From positions 16,629 to 80,628 of the forward strand of contig CAISRB010000008.1 in NCBI GenBank assembly GCA_903887775.1: a DNA stretch of 64,000 nucleotides, given 5' to 3'. The position numbers and the translations under genes are program-made. Within the stretch, counting starts at the first letter, position 1, and each line of letters opens with the position of its first letter. The notes below the pieces were generated by a model that did no database searches, had not been told where the DNA came from, and saw only the letters and a program-made list of their open reading frames with translations. Origin of the DNA: an uncultured Bacteroidales bacterium. GTDB lineage: Bacteria; Bacteroidota; Bacteroidia; Bacteroidales; FEN-979. Positions 33,327 to 43,563 of the stretch are shown in pieces.

Positions 33327-34739
33327 TTATTTTGTAGGCATAGTATCCCACCACACTGTAGACCACAGACCATCGGAAAGGACCGGAGTGTTCGGGTTAT
33401 AGTTTACCTCACTTTGAGCTTGTGGAAAATGTCTTGGAATTACATTCCTTTGAGCTGATTGTAAGGGATTGGCCTGGAGGCCGATTACGTTGTCGGTCCT
33501 TCTCCAGTCGGCAAAAGCCTCAGACTGGTTATACAGGGCGATCCACTTCTGGGTCATGATCTCCTTGAAAAGAGGCGCACCTGAAGAGAAGTTAATATAC
33601 TGGGTATAAACCGTCATCCATGCAGTATAATCAGCTCCCCATTTTTGCATTGAAGCCGTGACAGCATCAAGGAGGGCGGTTCTCACCTGTACAACCGAAG
33701 CATTGGTCTTATAAAGACATTCTGCCTTGATAAAGAGGGATTCAACATAGGTGACAAACGGGACTACTGAAGAGGCAGCTGCAACTGCATCGCCTGGCAT
33801 AGAAACATCTGCGCTCACTTCACCCCATCCATTACCAATATAAGTGTTTTCGGCTGTGGCCGTTGCAAACATCGGGAGCCTGGGGTCATGACGAACCAGA
33901 TTCAGTGTATCGATGAATACCTTCGCCATCGTAATATCTCCGCGCTGCTGCATAAACTGGTACAATGGATTCTGTGCACCTGCAGCATCAAAAAACGAAA
34001 ATTGCAGGTCATTGTCATTGCTGCTGATCCCGCCTGCAAGTGCGGCCAGTGCGTTAGCCCATGAAGTGGCATCAAGCTTTGACAAATGCAGAATATAGCG
34101 TGCTTTAAGTGTATGAGCTGCCTGCAGCCATAAAGCCGGGTCTCCTCCATACATCACGTCACCTGTAATGGTTGGTGCATCGGCCATGCCTAATTGTGTA
34201 ATGGCATCGTCAAGCAGGCCGAGAATAGCAGTGTAAATCGATTGCTGTGAATCAAATGCCGGGGTCAGATTAGCTACTCCCTGGAAAGCTGCGGAATAAG
34301 GGATATCACCCCAGACATCTGTTGTAACACCAAGTGTATTAGCCATAAGTACATCTGCAATACCCTTGTATGTCGGGTTGGCTGCACTTACAGCCTTTGC
34401 ACTGATGATCTCAAGGTTCATCATCGTATTTGTATAATTGGTCACCCACAGGTTGTTTACATCTGATTCAAGCAGAGTGTAATTTGTAGTAGCCTGCGAC
34501 TGACGGGCAACTCCCTGGAAATACTGCATCCAGATAGAGGTCACCCTGCAAAGGTCATTCCCACCTATGGTGTTGTAAGCCATGTTGGCCTGAACACCTG
34601 TCAAAATGGAACTCATCGGGACATCAGCGGGTTGATCCGGGTTTATGTTGAGGTCGGTGTTGATCCATTTTTTGCACGAACCAAGCGCCAAAACCGTCAG
34701 GAAAACCAGCCCTATGAGTTTTATGTTAATGTTTTTCAT
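33327..34739 (-). CDS. SusD/RagB-family nutrient-binding outer-membrane lipoprotein
   Basis: 470 aa with lipobox LGSCKKW. It lies immediately downstream of a SusC-like gene. Confidence 0.85.
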   Translation of the reverse strand: MKNINIKLIGLVFLTVLALGSCKKWINTDLNINPDQPADVPMSSILTGVQANMAYNTIGGNDLCRVTSIWMQYFQGVARQSQATTNYTLLESDVNNLWVTNYTNTMMNLEIISAKAVSAANPTYKGIADVLMANTLGVTTDVWGDIPYSAAFQGVANLTPAFDSQQSIYTAILGLLDDAITQLGMADAPTITGDVMYGGDPALWLQAAHTLKARYILHLSKLDATSWANALAALAGGISSNDNDLQFSFFDAAGAQNPLYQFMQQRGDITMAKVFIDTLNLVRHDPRLPMFATATAENTYIGNGWGEVSADVSMPGDAVAAASSVVPFVTYVESLFIKAECLYKTNASVVQVRTALLDAVTASMQKWGADYTAWMTVYTQYINFSSGAPLFKEIMTQKWIALYNQSEAFADWRRTDNVIGLQANPLQSAQRNVIPRHFPQAQSEVNYNPNTPVLSDGLWSTVWWDTMPTK

Positions 34740-34783
34740 ATCTGTTTTGTTTTAAATTTTTATATCTGATATTCGGAAAGGGC

Positions 34784-37700
34784 TTAGAACGACAAGTTCA
34801 GACCAACGGTATAGCTCTTTGTGCCAGGCATATTGAAATAGTCGATACCTTGTGCATTTGAAGCGCCCAGTAAGTTGGTTTCAGGGTCAATCCCCTGGTA
34901 TTTTGTACTGATCCAGAGGTTCGTTCCTGTGAAATAAACACTGAGGCCCTTGATGAAGGTCTTCTTCAGCAGACTTGTAAAGCTGTAAGATAATGACAGT
35001 GTACGTAAACGGACCCAGCCTGAATTCTCAACATAATCAACCATTGGACCTGTGAATCCGCTTCCTACGTTTTGTGTCATCCAGAAATAGTCACGCTTTA
35101 CAGGAATGGTATTGGTTTGTCCCTGGGAATTTACACCCGGGAATACATACCATTCATCACGATTCAGGGTTCCTGCTGAAGTTCCGAAATAATCGATGGC
35201 GCCACGTGTACCGTTCCACATTTTTCCGCCGTACTTGATATCAAACAATAGGTACAGGCTTAAATCCTTCCAGCGAAGGTTGGTCCCGATACCGGCAGTC
35301 CATTTTGGGTCAACGTTACCTAAAGCAGTCATGTTATTGCTCATGACCGGATAGCCGTCATCGCCAATCCTCAAATTACCCTGGGCATCTCTTACCCAGT
35401 CGTAACCGTAAATAGTACGGTAAGGCTGGCCTACAAAAGCGTCGATTTCAGATCCTTCAAAACCACCGAGGAATAACTGGTTGATACCTGCAGCAAGTGC
35501 GTCTACATTATTCTTGATGCATGACCAGTTTACAATAATGTCCCAATACCAGCTTTTCGACTTGATAGGAACGATATCGAGGGTAACTTCATGCCCGTAT
35601 GTGGTCATGGATGCTGCGTTCAGGGTTGTTGTCGAATAACCTGTTGTAGCTGCGATAGGAACAGAAAGGATAAGATCCTGCCCTTTGTTGTGGAAGAAAG
35701 TATAAGAGAATCCAAAACGGTTCTGCCAGAACTTAAGGTCGGCTCCAACTTCCCAGGTTGTCGTTTTTTCAGGTTTCAACTGGTTGTTCCCAAGGTTATT
35801 GCTGATAGCAAATGCGTTATTACCGCTCCAGGGGAAAACAAGACCTGTCGTCCATCCGTCCAGTACAGCCGGGGTGTTATAATAGGTCATAGTGTTATAG
35901 GGTGAAGCGTCTTTTGCAACGATTGCATAAGACATTCTGAGTTTACCATAAGGCAGCACCTTGTTGTCCTTCAGGCCGGGTAATTCGGTGAAGATCCAGC
36001 CCAGACCAACCGAGGGATAAAAGAAAGAGTTTTTGCCCTGGGCTAAAGTTGTGGTCCAGTCGTTGCGTCCGGTAATATTCAGGTACAGCATATTTTTCCA
36101 TGATAACTGAACGTCACCATACAGAGCAGCCCTTCTGACTTCAGAGGTTGTTGTAGCGGCGCTCACGGTGGTTCCGTTGTTCAGGTTGTAATATTCGGGT
36201 ATGACGAGGCCATTTGCAGTGGCATTTAAACCTTTATAATACTGCTGTGTCATGTTCTGACCGAGCAGAACCTTCAGGTTGAAATCCTTTGCAAAGTCCT
36301 TGTCGATATTGATCATAAAATCGGAGTTCATGTCCTTGCTCATTTCCTGTCCTTCCCTGTTATAACCATCAGGATAATAAGAAGAGGAATAAATGTTCAT
36401 ATAGTCGTTCCATTTGCGGCCCCACCAGTCAATACCGAGGCGGTAAGTGATCGACAGCCATTTTGTGGTGAAGTAATCAATCTGGACATTTCCGATCAAA
36501 CGGTTAACCTGGTCAGAATATTTATTCTCGTTGGCGGTAAAGTATGGGTTGTCATAACCGCGGCCATGACGATAACTTCTCTGCATCGTTCCGTTTTCCA
36601 TATCCGGTAAAAGATATCCTGCAGAATTGTCAAAAGTCGAAGGGGTCCTGAGAAGGCCGAGCATCAAACCAGAAGTGTTTGAACCCTGCTGAATACGGTC
36701 ACCGCCTGTGATCATATAATTTGCCGACCCGCTGAGTTTGACTTTCTGACCGAGTTTGGTGTCTCCCGTGAGTTTGAAAGTATTCCTGCGGAATTTATTG
36801 TTCGGGACAACCCCTTTTGACTGGTTGTCGGAGAAGCTGAAGTAGAAGGTAGAAACATCGGTGCCACCCATCAGAGAAAGAGAATTATTTGTCGTAACAC
36901 CGGTCTGGAAGAATTTATAAGGATCGTATGTTTGGGCAGGGCCTGTTTTGGATACCGCACTGTTATTTGACACCAGGCTGCCGTCAGTATCGAAATTCTT
37001 CCATGTATTCCATACAGAAGGGTCTTTTGATAAGGACATAGTGTCGTTTTTGGCACCCCAGGCAAGCCTGTCACCTGAATACCATTTTCCGTCATGACCC
37101 TGTGAATATTCAGTTTGCATCTTCGGCAACATGCTCACTTTGTCAAACTGCACATAAGTGTTGAAGTTAACGCTGATCTTTTTCCCGGGGGTTGCCTTGC
37201 CTTTCTTTGTTGTAATGACAATGGCGCCTGAAGCAGCGCGCAGGCCGTAAAGAGCCGTCGCGGCACCGCCTTTAAGAACGTTCATCGATTCGATATCGTC
37301 GGGGTTGATATCAATATTTCGGTTAGAGGTTGCCACACCGTCGACCCCGTAAACACCGCCGCTTTCACTACCTGATATAGGAACACCGTCGATGACATAC
37401 AAAGGCTGGTTATTTTGTGTAATGGACTGAACACCACGGATCTGTACATAAGTAGCTCCACCGGCGACACCTGCTGAATTGATAACCTGAACGTCGGAAA
37501 CTTTCCCCTGCAGGGAATTGACCGCATCAGTGCGGGCCGATTTCATGATATCATCTGATCCTACTTCCTGCACAGAATATGACAGAGCTTTTGTTTCCCT
37601 CGCAATACCGATAGCGGTAACAACAACCTCGTCCATATTCATGACGTCGTTATCCATAACAACATCCAGAGTGGTTGCAGTTCCCAGGGCCACTTGTTTG

Positions 37701-37942
37701 GTCTTCATACCTACATAGGAAAAGGTAAGACTGGTATACTTGGTCGGAACAGCAAGTACATACTTGCCATCTGACCCAGTATTGGTACCAATAGTTGTAC
37801 CAGGCACCACAACAGTCACTCCAGGTATCGGCTGTTTATCATCGGAGGATGTAACCGTACCGGAAATGACGCGTGTTTGAGCAAATACTCCCTGCAAGCC
37901 TACAAGTAGCAGTAATGCAAGGACAAGCGTAAATTTTCTCAT
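34784..37942 (-). CDS. SusC/RagA-family TonB-linked outer-membrane transporter
   Basis: 1052 aa. VISGTVTSSDDKQPIPGVTVVVPGTTIGTNTGSDGKY is the CarboxypepD_reg domain. A plug (LQGKVSDVQV..IRG) and a C-terminal ..VGLNLSF follow. Confidence 0.9.
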   Translation of the reverse strand: MRKFTLVLALLLLVGLQGVFAQTRVISGTVTSSDDKQPIPGVTVVVPGTTIGTNTGSDGKYVLAVPTKYTSLTFSYVGMKTKQVALGTATTLDVVMDNDVMNMDEVVVTAIGIARETKALSYSVQEVGSDDIMKSARTDAVNSLQGKVSDVQVINSAGVAGGATYVQIRGVQSITQNNQPLYVIDGVPISGSESGGVYGVDGVATSNRNIDINPDDIESMNVLKGGAATALYGLRAASGAIVITTKKGKATPGKKISVNFNTYVQFDKVSMLPKMQTEYSQGHDGKWYSGDRLAWGAKNDTMSLSKDPSVWNTWKNFDTDGSLVSNNSAVSKTGPAQTYDPYKFFQTGVTTNNSLSLMGGTDVSTFYFSFSDNQSKGVVPNNKFRRNTFKLTGDTKLGQKVKLSGSANYMITGGDRIQQGSNTSGLMLGLLRTPSTFDNSAGYLLPDMENGTMQRSYRHGRGYDNPYFTANENKYSDQVNRLIGNVQIDYFTTKWLSITYRLGIDWWGRKWNDYMNIYSSSYYPDGYNREGQEMSKDMNSDFMINIDKDFAKDFNLKVLLGQNMTQQYYKGLNATANGLVIPEYYNLNNGTTVSAATTTSEVRRAALYGDVQLSWKNMLYLNITGRNDWTTTLAQGKNSFFYPSVGLGWIFTELPGLKDNKVLPYGKLRMSYAIVAKDASPYNTMTYYNTPAVLDGWTTGLVFPWSGNNAFAISNNLGNNQLKPEKTTTWEVGADLKFWQNRFGFSYTFFHNKGQDLILSVPIAATTGYSTTTLNAASMTTYGHEVTLDIVPIKSKSWYWDIIVNWSCIKNNVDALAAGINQLFLGGFEGSEIDAFVGQPYRTIYGYDWVRDAQGNLRIGDDGYPVMSNNMTALGNVDPKWTAGIGTNLRWKDLSLYLLFDIKYGGKMWNGTRGAIDYFGTSAGTLNRDEWYVFPGVNSQGQTNTIPVKRDYFWMTQNVGSGFTGPMVDYVENSGWVRLRTLSLSYSFTSLLKKTFIKGLSVYFTGTNLWISTKYQGIDPETNLLGASNAQGIDYFNMPGTKSYTVGLNLSF

Positions 37943-38123
37943 AACCGTTGATTTTCGTTAGTAATTGTGTTAATAATCAGTGACTTTAATGGTTTGGGAT
38001 TATATTATGATGTGTTTAATTGCCACTAATGAGTGAGCAAGTTTACTACTTTGTTAGGTGAACAACAAAGAAAATGAAAAAAAAATTTAAAAAATTATTA
38101 CCGGCCAGATGAAAAATCTGAAA

Positions 38124-38161
38124 TAAAAAAGAGACTGTTCGAAAAGAGCAGTCTCTTTTTC
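38124..38161 (-). terminator. Intrinsic terminator after the upstream susD-like gene (separates the two susCD units)
   Basis: The stem is AGAGACTG/CAGTCTCT with an 11-nt loop. It is flanked by an A-run and a T-run. Confidence 0.65.
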
Positions 38162-38180
38162 CAGATTAATGCAAGAAGTT

Positions 38181-39635
38181 TTAATTTTTATCCCAGAACA
38201 GTTTTGTGCTCACAGCATCTCCTCCGATAGCTGTAGATGCAGCGGCCCAGTTAGCCCCGTTCAAGGTTTGTTCCGTTGTAGGATAAGTAAGACGCAAGGG
38301 AATTACCGATAATGCTTCAGGTGGTGCAACAAGAAGAGGATAATCGAACCGTCTCCATTCGGTCCAGGATTCGAATCCCCGGTTATACAAAGCAAACCAT
38401 AGTTGCATACCGATTTTCTCCCTGAATGTTCCCGCTGCAGTTGCATAGGCAACCCTTGGATTTGACAGGTAAGCAGCTGCATCAGCTTCTGTACCGCCCC
38501 AATAAGCAATAGAGGCTTTTATGGCAGTATTATAATGATCAGCGGCTGTGCCTCCAACTGAAAAACCTCTTTCAACAGCTTCGGCTAAAAGAAACTCAGT
38601 TTCAGCGTAGTCGAAAATCATGGCTTCAAATGTGGGCGCTTCAATTTGATCAGCCACATGGGAATAGCTGAAGAAATTGTTCGATTCTCCGTAGATTCCG
38701 CCAACATAGGCAAGCTTCGGTGTTCCGCTTGTAGAAGTATCAACCTGGGTAAAGTAAAACTGGCGTCTTGGATCAGCCAGGTTGTTCATCGAATCAACCA
38801 ATGTATTTGCAGCAACAAAGTCATTACGGCCGCTGGCAACGAGATTATCGTAAACCGGATTGGTATTGGGTTGAGCGCCTAGATAAACCAGTTTTGCAAT
38901 ATCCGCATTCGAAGAAATCACACCAGGAGCAGCTGATTCAACGGTTGTCTTCACAAAGGAAGCTTCACTTGGAATGTCAGCGAGAAGCAAACCCATTCTT
39001 AATTTCAATGAATTCGCAAATTTCAGCCAGTTTGTAACGTCACCCTGGTACATGTTATCGGCAGTGCCAAGACTGCCCCAGGCAGGATTCAATTTTCCTA
39101 TAGCAGCGTTAAGCCTGTTAATGAGATCTTTGTAAACCGTCAAACCATCATCATATACAGGGTTAACATTATTTACGTTTAATGCCTGGGTATAAGGTAT
39201 GTTCCCAAATGTTTCTACGAGTACACTCCAGGTATAAACTGTCATGATTTCGACAACAGCAAGCTTGTTGACTTTAATGGCAGGGTCGGGATCAAGATAG
39301 GATGTCGATGAGATTATTGTTGCAGATTGGCTCAGATCTTTAAGGACGTCCCTGTACAGAACATTCCAGTGGTTAAGAGGGATAGGCCGGTTATCTATAT
39401 TATAGTTTGCCTCATCAAGGTATGTGGTTTCCGTCCATTGCTGTGTAAACATCCTCCAGATATTGAAGTTTACATTTGGAGTTGTCATTTGGTCAAAGAG
39501 GTTTTTCTGAGCGCCTGTGAACAAAGATTCCCCGGTAACATTGGTCGGGTCTTTTGTGTTTTCATTCAGCAACTCAAGTTTCTTACATGCAGAAAATATC
39601 AGTAAGATGGTTAAAAATGCCAGTATTTTTTTCAT
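38181..39635 (-). CDS. SusD/RagB-family nutrient-binding outer-membrane lipoprotein
   Basis: 484 aa with lipobox FSACKK, downstream of a SusC-like gene. Confidence 0.85.
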   Translation of the reverse strand: MKKILAFLTILLIFSACKKLELLNENTKDPTNVTGESLFTGAQKNLFDQMTTPNVNFNIWRMFTQQWTETTYLDEANYNIDNRPIPLNHWNVLYRDVLKDLSQSATIISSTSYLDPDPAIKVNKLAVVEIMTVYTWSVLVETFGNIPYTQALNVNNVNPVYDDGLTVYKDLINRLNAAIGKLNPAWGSLGTADNMYQGDVTNWLKFANSLKLRMGLLLADIPSEASFVKTTVESAAPGVISSNADIAKLVYLGAQPNTNPVYDNLVASGRNDFVAANTLVDSMNNLADPRRQFYFTQVDTSTSGTPKLAYVGGIYGESNNFFSYSHVADQIEAPTFEAMIFDYAETEFLLAEAVERGFSVGGTAADHYNTAIKASIAYWGGTEADAAAYLSNPRVAYATAAGTFREKIGMQLWFALYNRGFESWTEWRRFDYPLLVAPPEALSVIPLRLTYPTTEQTLNGANWAAASTAIGGDAVSTKLFWDKN

Positions 39636-39646
39636 AGCTATATGTA

Positions 39647-42600
39647 TTAGAAGGAAAATTTAAGATTAAACCCAAAATTACGTGTCGAAGGTAAAGAGCC
39701 TGTTGTATAACCTTGCAGGTTTCCGGCACTCAAACCAGATTCAGGATCTGTGTAAGGGATTTTCTTATAAATGATCCATGGATTAGATGCGACAGCAGTG
39801 ACTGTTATGCCGGTGATAAAGACTTTCTTTAACAAAGAGGCAGGCACAGAATACGATATGCTTATTTCTCTGAGCTTAACATATGTTGCGTCGTAAACAA
39901 AAGCGCTGTTTGGTAATACTTTGTAACCAAATCCGCTGTATGTGGAAGCATTGACCCTTACCCAGTTTGTTTGTCCGTTAGGCAATACACCTTCATTGAT
40001 ATAACCGCCGCTCGTTGATGCATAACCTTTCGAATGATCATTGGGATCTTTCCAGACAATCGGATTCCTGACGGGATTGCCCAAATCATTGGTATATGCA
40101 GTTTCAGGATAGAGCCCGCTTGACAGTCCATAATACATATCGAGTGAAAAAACACTTCCGCCTTTTTGAATATCGATCAGGAAGCTCAACGCCCAGTTTT
40201 TATACTTAAAACTGTTAGTCATCCCTCCTGTCCAAAGAGGATTGACATTCCCGATAATGTTATTTGAAGTGGTTGTTATCTGGTACTTGCCGTTAGCCGG
40301 ATTGATGAGTTTATTTCCATTTGCATCATACACGTAGTCTGAACCGTACAACACTCCATAGGGCTGACCTACCATGGCATTCAGGGTGACGCCACCCTGG
40401 AAAGCTCCCAGCTGCAGGTTGTTGACACCATCGAGTAAGGAAACAACCTTGCTGTAGTTCTTAGACCAGTTAATCACGATGTCCCATGCGAAATTCTTGT
40501 TTTTGCAGGGTGTTGCTTTTAATGTAAGCTCGATGCCCTTGTTCTGAATTTCGCCGGCGTTGATGATTTTGGATTGATAACCGGTTGCAGTGGTCAGTAC
40601 CAAAGGCAGGATCTGATTAGTTGTAAAAGTATTATATAAAGCAAAGTCAAATCCAAGCCTGTTCTTCAGGAAACTCATTTCCAGCCCGCCTTCCAAACTG
40701 TTCGTTTTTTCCGGCTTCAGATCTGAATTTTTCTTACTACCTGCCACAGAAGTTATGGGGCTGTTCATAGGTGTTATAATGTTGTAATTATCAACCAACT
40801 GGTCAAACTGAGCGGGTGAACCGACCTGTGCATAGTTCAGACGGAGTTTCCCGAAAGAAAGCCATTTTGCTTCCTGGAGAAGCTGGGAGAAAATAAATCC
40901 TGCTGAAACAGACGGATAATAATAGACGCTATTATTCGGTGGGAGAGTTGATGAATGGTCGCGTCTGATCGTAGCATCGAGGTAAACCATATTCTTGAAT
41001 CCGACCGAAACACTTGCATAAATACCATCGACACCGACTTTTGAAACCAGTTCCTTCGACAAAGGCAATGGACCGATACTGTTCTGTAAAGAATATAATC
41101 CCGGCACTGCCAAACCGCCATTGGTGGATGAAATCAACCGGCTGAAGTTCGTCCTTCTTATATTTAATCCCAGAATACCTTTGAGATTAAATGATTTTGA
41201 AAGATTCTTATTGAAATTTGCCATCAGGTCATAGTTGTATTCACTAAACGTAAAATCCCTGCGCAAATATCCCGATTGCTGGTCACTCCTCGTTAAGCTG
41301 CCGTCAGACCCTGAGCCGATTCCAAATGGAGTGGCAATACTTCCAACAGCCCTTCTTTCTTCCTGAATTTCATAGTAGGTATCGACCGACATACGTCCAT
41401 AAATATCCAGCCATTTTGTAACTTTATAATCAAGGGCAACATTTCCAAAGAAACGGTTTCTCTGATCCGTTTCATAGTTCTGATAACGGGTCCAGTAATA
41501 ATTATCCCAATAGATCGGGCTGTAATCCGTTGTGGCAGGATCAGGATCGGCATAATTCCATGTTAAGTTTCTTGCAGTCTGGTTATAAAGGTTCCACTGC
41601 TCTTTAATATCAACATTTGTTTCCATCCACTGACGGAAAGAAGTTACAATATTGTCATTATAACCAGTTGAATTCCTTCCTTTTCCCTTGACTATTGAAT
41701 AGCTGCCCGATGCAGAAGCAGTAAACTTATCGGTAACATTCCAGGTCCCATTCATCGAAACAATGTTCTTAGTAAGGCTGCTGTTGGGCATAAGGCCTTT
41801 CTGGTCGAAGTTGGTGTAGGCTAACCTGTAATTGCCTTTATTAAAAGTGTTGTCAATAGACAATGTTGTATTCCAGGTAACGGGTTTTTCAAAAAAGGTT
41901 ATAGGACCGTTTGCTGCAGCTACCCACGGAGTTGCTTTCTGGTAGTTTGGTGATGCCGGATCCACGGCATCCCACTGGTACACCATCAGGTTTGCGTCAA
42001 AAGGAGCTCCGAAGGAAGCATCTTCCGTCGTGGGAACCCATGTCTCATTAACGCCATTTACCTTTATTATATTGAAATAAGCATCTCCATCGGGGCCGTA
42101 ATATTTCCCGTAACCTGCGCCATATTGTTGCTGGTAAGTGGGGAATGTGGTTTTATCAACAAAGCCAACGTCAACCCCTGTGCTTAATGTAACACCTATC
42201 CCTTTTTTATAACCGCTGTCACCGGCTCCGGCACCTTTTTTTGTCGTTATCATGATCACACCTGCGGCAGCTCTCGATCCATAGAGGGCTGTTGCAGCCG
42301 CTCCTTTAAGGACATTGATATTAGCAATATCATCCGAATTTATATCAGATGCAGCATTGCCATAGTCGTAGCCGACTCCTGCCTGTGTCTGAGAGGAAGT
42401 GTTTGTGATCTGATTATTAACAGGTACGCCATCAATAACGAATAAAACCTGATTATCACCCGTCAGCGATTTATTACCACGAAGGATAATATTGGATGAT
42501 CCTCCCATGTTGGTATTCGATTGTACCTGAATCCCGGAGACTTTCCCGGAGAGGTTGTTGATGAAGTTCGAAGTTTTAATAGTCGACAAATTGTCGCCCT

Positions 42601-42979
42601 GAACTTCCTGTGTAGCATATCCGAGTGATTTTTTTTCACGTGGAATACCGAGGGCCGTTACAACAACCCCCTCCAACTGCTGAACGCTGGGCTCAAGCAC
42701 GACATTTACAACGTTGTCGGTTCCCAGGGCGATTTCCTTCGTTTTCATACCTACAAAGGATACCAGGAGAGTTTCCTTATCCTTCGGGACCAGAAGGGTG
42801 AATGCCCCATTCGCGTCGGTGATCGTACCGACGGTGGTACCCTTAACCAGAACGGTGGCTCCTGGAAGACCAGCGCCATCTTCAGAGCTGGTTACCTTGC
42901 CCGTAATGGATCTTTGGGCATAAGCAACCTGCAACCCTATGAATAGCATAAGGAATAATGAAATAGTAAATTTTCTCAT
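39647..42979 (-). CDS. SusC/RagA-family TonB-linked outer-membrane transporter
   Basis: 1110 aa. The N-terminus is paralogous to 34784-37942 (ITGKVTSSEDGAGLPGATVLVKGTTVGTITDANGAF). The C-terminus is ..FGFNLKFSF. Confidence 0.9.
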   Translation of the reverse strand: MRKFTISLFLMLFIGLQVAYAQRSITGKVTSSEDGAGLPGATVLVKGTTVGTITDANGAFTLLVPKDKETLLVSFVGMKTKEIALGTDNVVNVVLEPSVQQLEGVVVTALGIPREKKSLGYATQEVQGDNLSTIKTSNFINNLSGKVSGIQVQSNTNMGGSSNIILRGNKSLTGDNQVLFVIDGVPVNNQITNTSSQTQAGVGYDYGNAASDINSDDIANINVLKGAAATALYGSRAAAGVIMITTKKGAGAGDSGYKKGIGVTLSTGVDVGFVDKTTFPTYQQQYGAGYGKYYGPDGDAYFNIIKVNGVNETWVPTTEDASFGAPFDANLMVYQWDAVDPASPNYQKATPWVAAANGPITFFEKPVTWNTTLSIDNTFNKGNYRLAYTNFDQKGLMPNSSLTKNIVSMNGTWNVTDKFTASASGSYSIVKGKGRNSTGYNDNIVTSFRQWMETNVDIKEQWNLYNQTARNLTWNYADPDPATTDYSPIYWDNYYWTRYQNYETDQRNRFFGNVALDYKVTKWLDIYGRMSVDTYYEIQEERRAVGSIATPFGIGSGSDGSLTRSDQQSGYLRRDFTFSEYNYDLMANFNKNLSKSFNLKGILGLNIRRTNFSRLISSTNGGLAVPGLYSLQNSIGPLPLSKELVSKVGVDGIYASVSVGFKNMVYLDATIRRDHSSTLPPNNSVYYYPSVSAGFIFSQLLQEAKWLSFGKLRLNYAQVGSPAQFDQLVDNYNIITPMNSPITSVAGSKKNSDLKPEKTNSLEGGLEMSFLKNRLGFDFALYNTFTTNQILPLVLTTATGYQSKIINAGEIQNKGIELTLKATPCKNKNFAWDIVINWSKNYSKVVSLLDGVNNLQLGAFQGGVTLNAMVGQPYGVLYGSDYVYDANGNKLINPANGKYQITTTSNNIIGNVNPLWTGGMTNSFKYKNWALSFLIDIQKGGSVFSLDMYYGLSSGLYPETAYTNDLGNPVRNPIVWKDPNDHSKGYASTSGGYINEGVLPNGQTNWVRVNASTYSGFGYKVLPNSAFVYDATYVKLREISISYSVPASLLKKVFITGITVTAVASNPWIIYKKIPYTDPESGLSAGNLQGYTTGSLPSTRNFGFNLKFSF

Positions 42980-43137
42980 TGCTTTGGTTTTTGTTAGTAA
43001 AAGTGTTAATAATCAATGAACTAAAATTCGTGGGAATTCTAATGCTGATGGGATTTACCGTAATACCGCATAGCAATGTTATAAAAATATTATATCATTA
43101 GCAAAAAAAAATAAATGTTTTTAAAAAAATTCGGCTG

Positions 43138-43563
43138 TTATGTGAATCGCCTGAAATAAAATCCGAATAATATCAGAAGGGGTATAAGAACAAGGGCTCC
43201 CGAAAAGGATATCCTGTGCACTAAAAACTGAGAAGAAGCAAGGATCAGGGAGGAGATTCCGAAAAGATAGTACCCTGTCTTCCGCAAGTTCCACATGATA
43301 ATTATACCTGACAACCCCAGGATAAACAGGGCAGCAAATACTCCCAGGACCAGCCTGACAGCAGTGAGGGAATATTGATCGATCGGCGCATAAAGGTTTA
43401 TAGCATCCGTAACCCATCCTGAGTAGAAAAACCCTGATAAAAACAGTATTGTAAATAAGAAAAAGTATACGCCGGAGAAAAGACACAGGATTGTCAGGAA
43501 AAACGGACGTTTATTCCCGGGCAATGGGTGTGGCGAATCCATCTCGCTGTTTTTTATATTCAC
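43138..43563 (-). CDS. Small polytopic membrane protein (about 4 TM), unknown family, paralog of 43560-44012
   Basis: 141 aa. Shared motifs with its neighbour are LTILC and IIMWNLRKTGYYLF versus FIMWNLKKNGFHVY. The start overlaps the upstream stop by 4 nt. Confidence 0.5.
   Translation of the reverse strand: MNIKNSEMDSPHPLPGNKRPFFLTILCLFSGVYFFLFTILFLSGFFYSGWVTDAINLYAPIDQYSLTAVRLVLGVFAALFILGLSGIIIMWNLRKTGYYLFGISSLILASSQFLVHRISFSGALVLIPLLILFGFYFRRFT

Noticed and set aside
38361-38385. GGATTCGAATCCCCGG, resembling a tRNA T-arm.
   Set aside because: It lies inside the well-supported susD-like CDS. No acceptor, D or anticodon arms can be built around it.
43121-43486. Alternative 121-aa ORF overlapping the 141-aa membrane-protein ORF in another frame.
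   Set aside because: The 43138-43563 frame gives a coherent 4-TM protein that is paralogous to its neighbour and is start/stop coupled to it. The alternative frame is Cys/Arg-rich with no paralogy.
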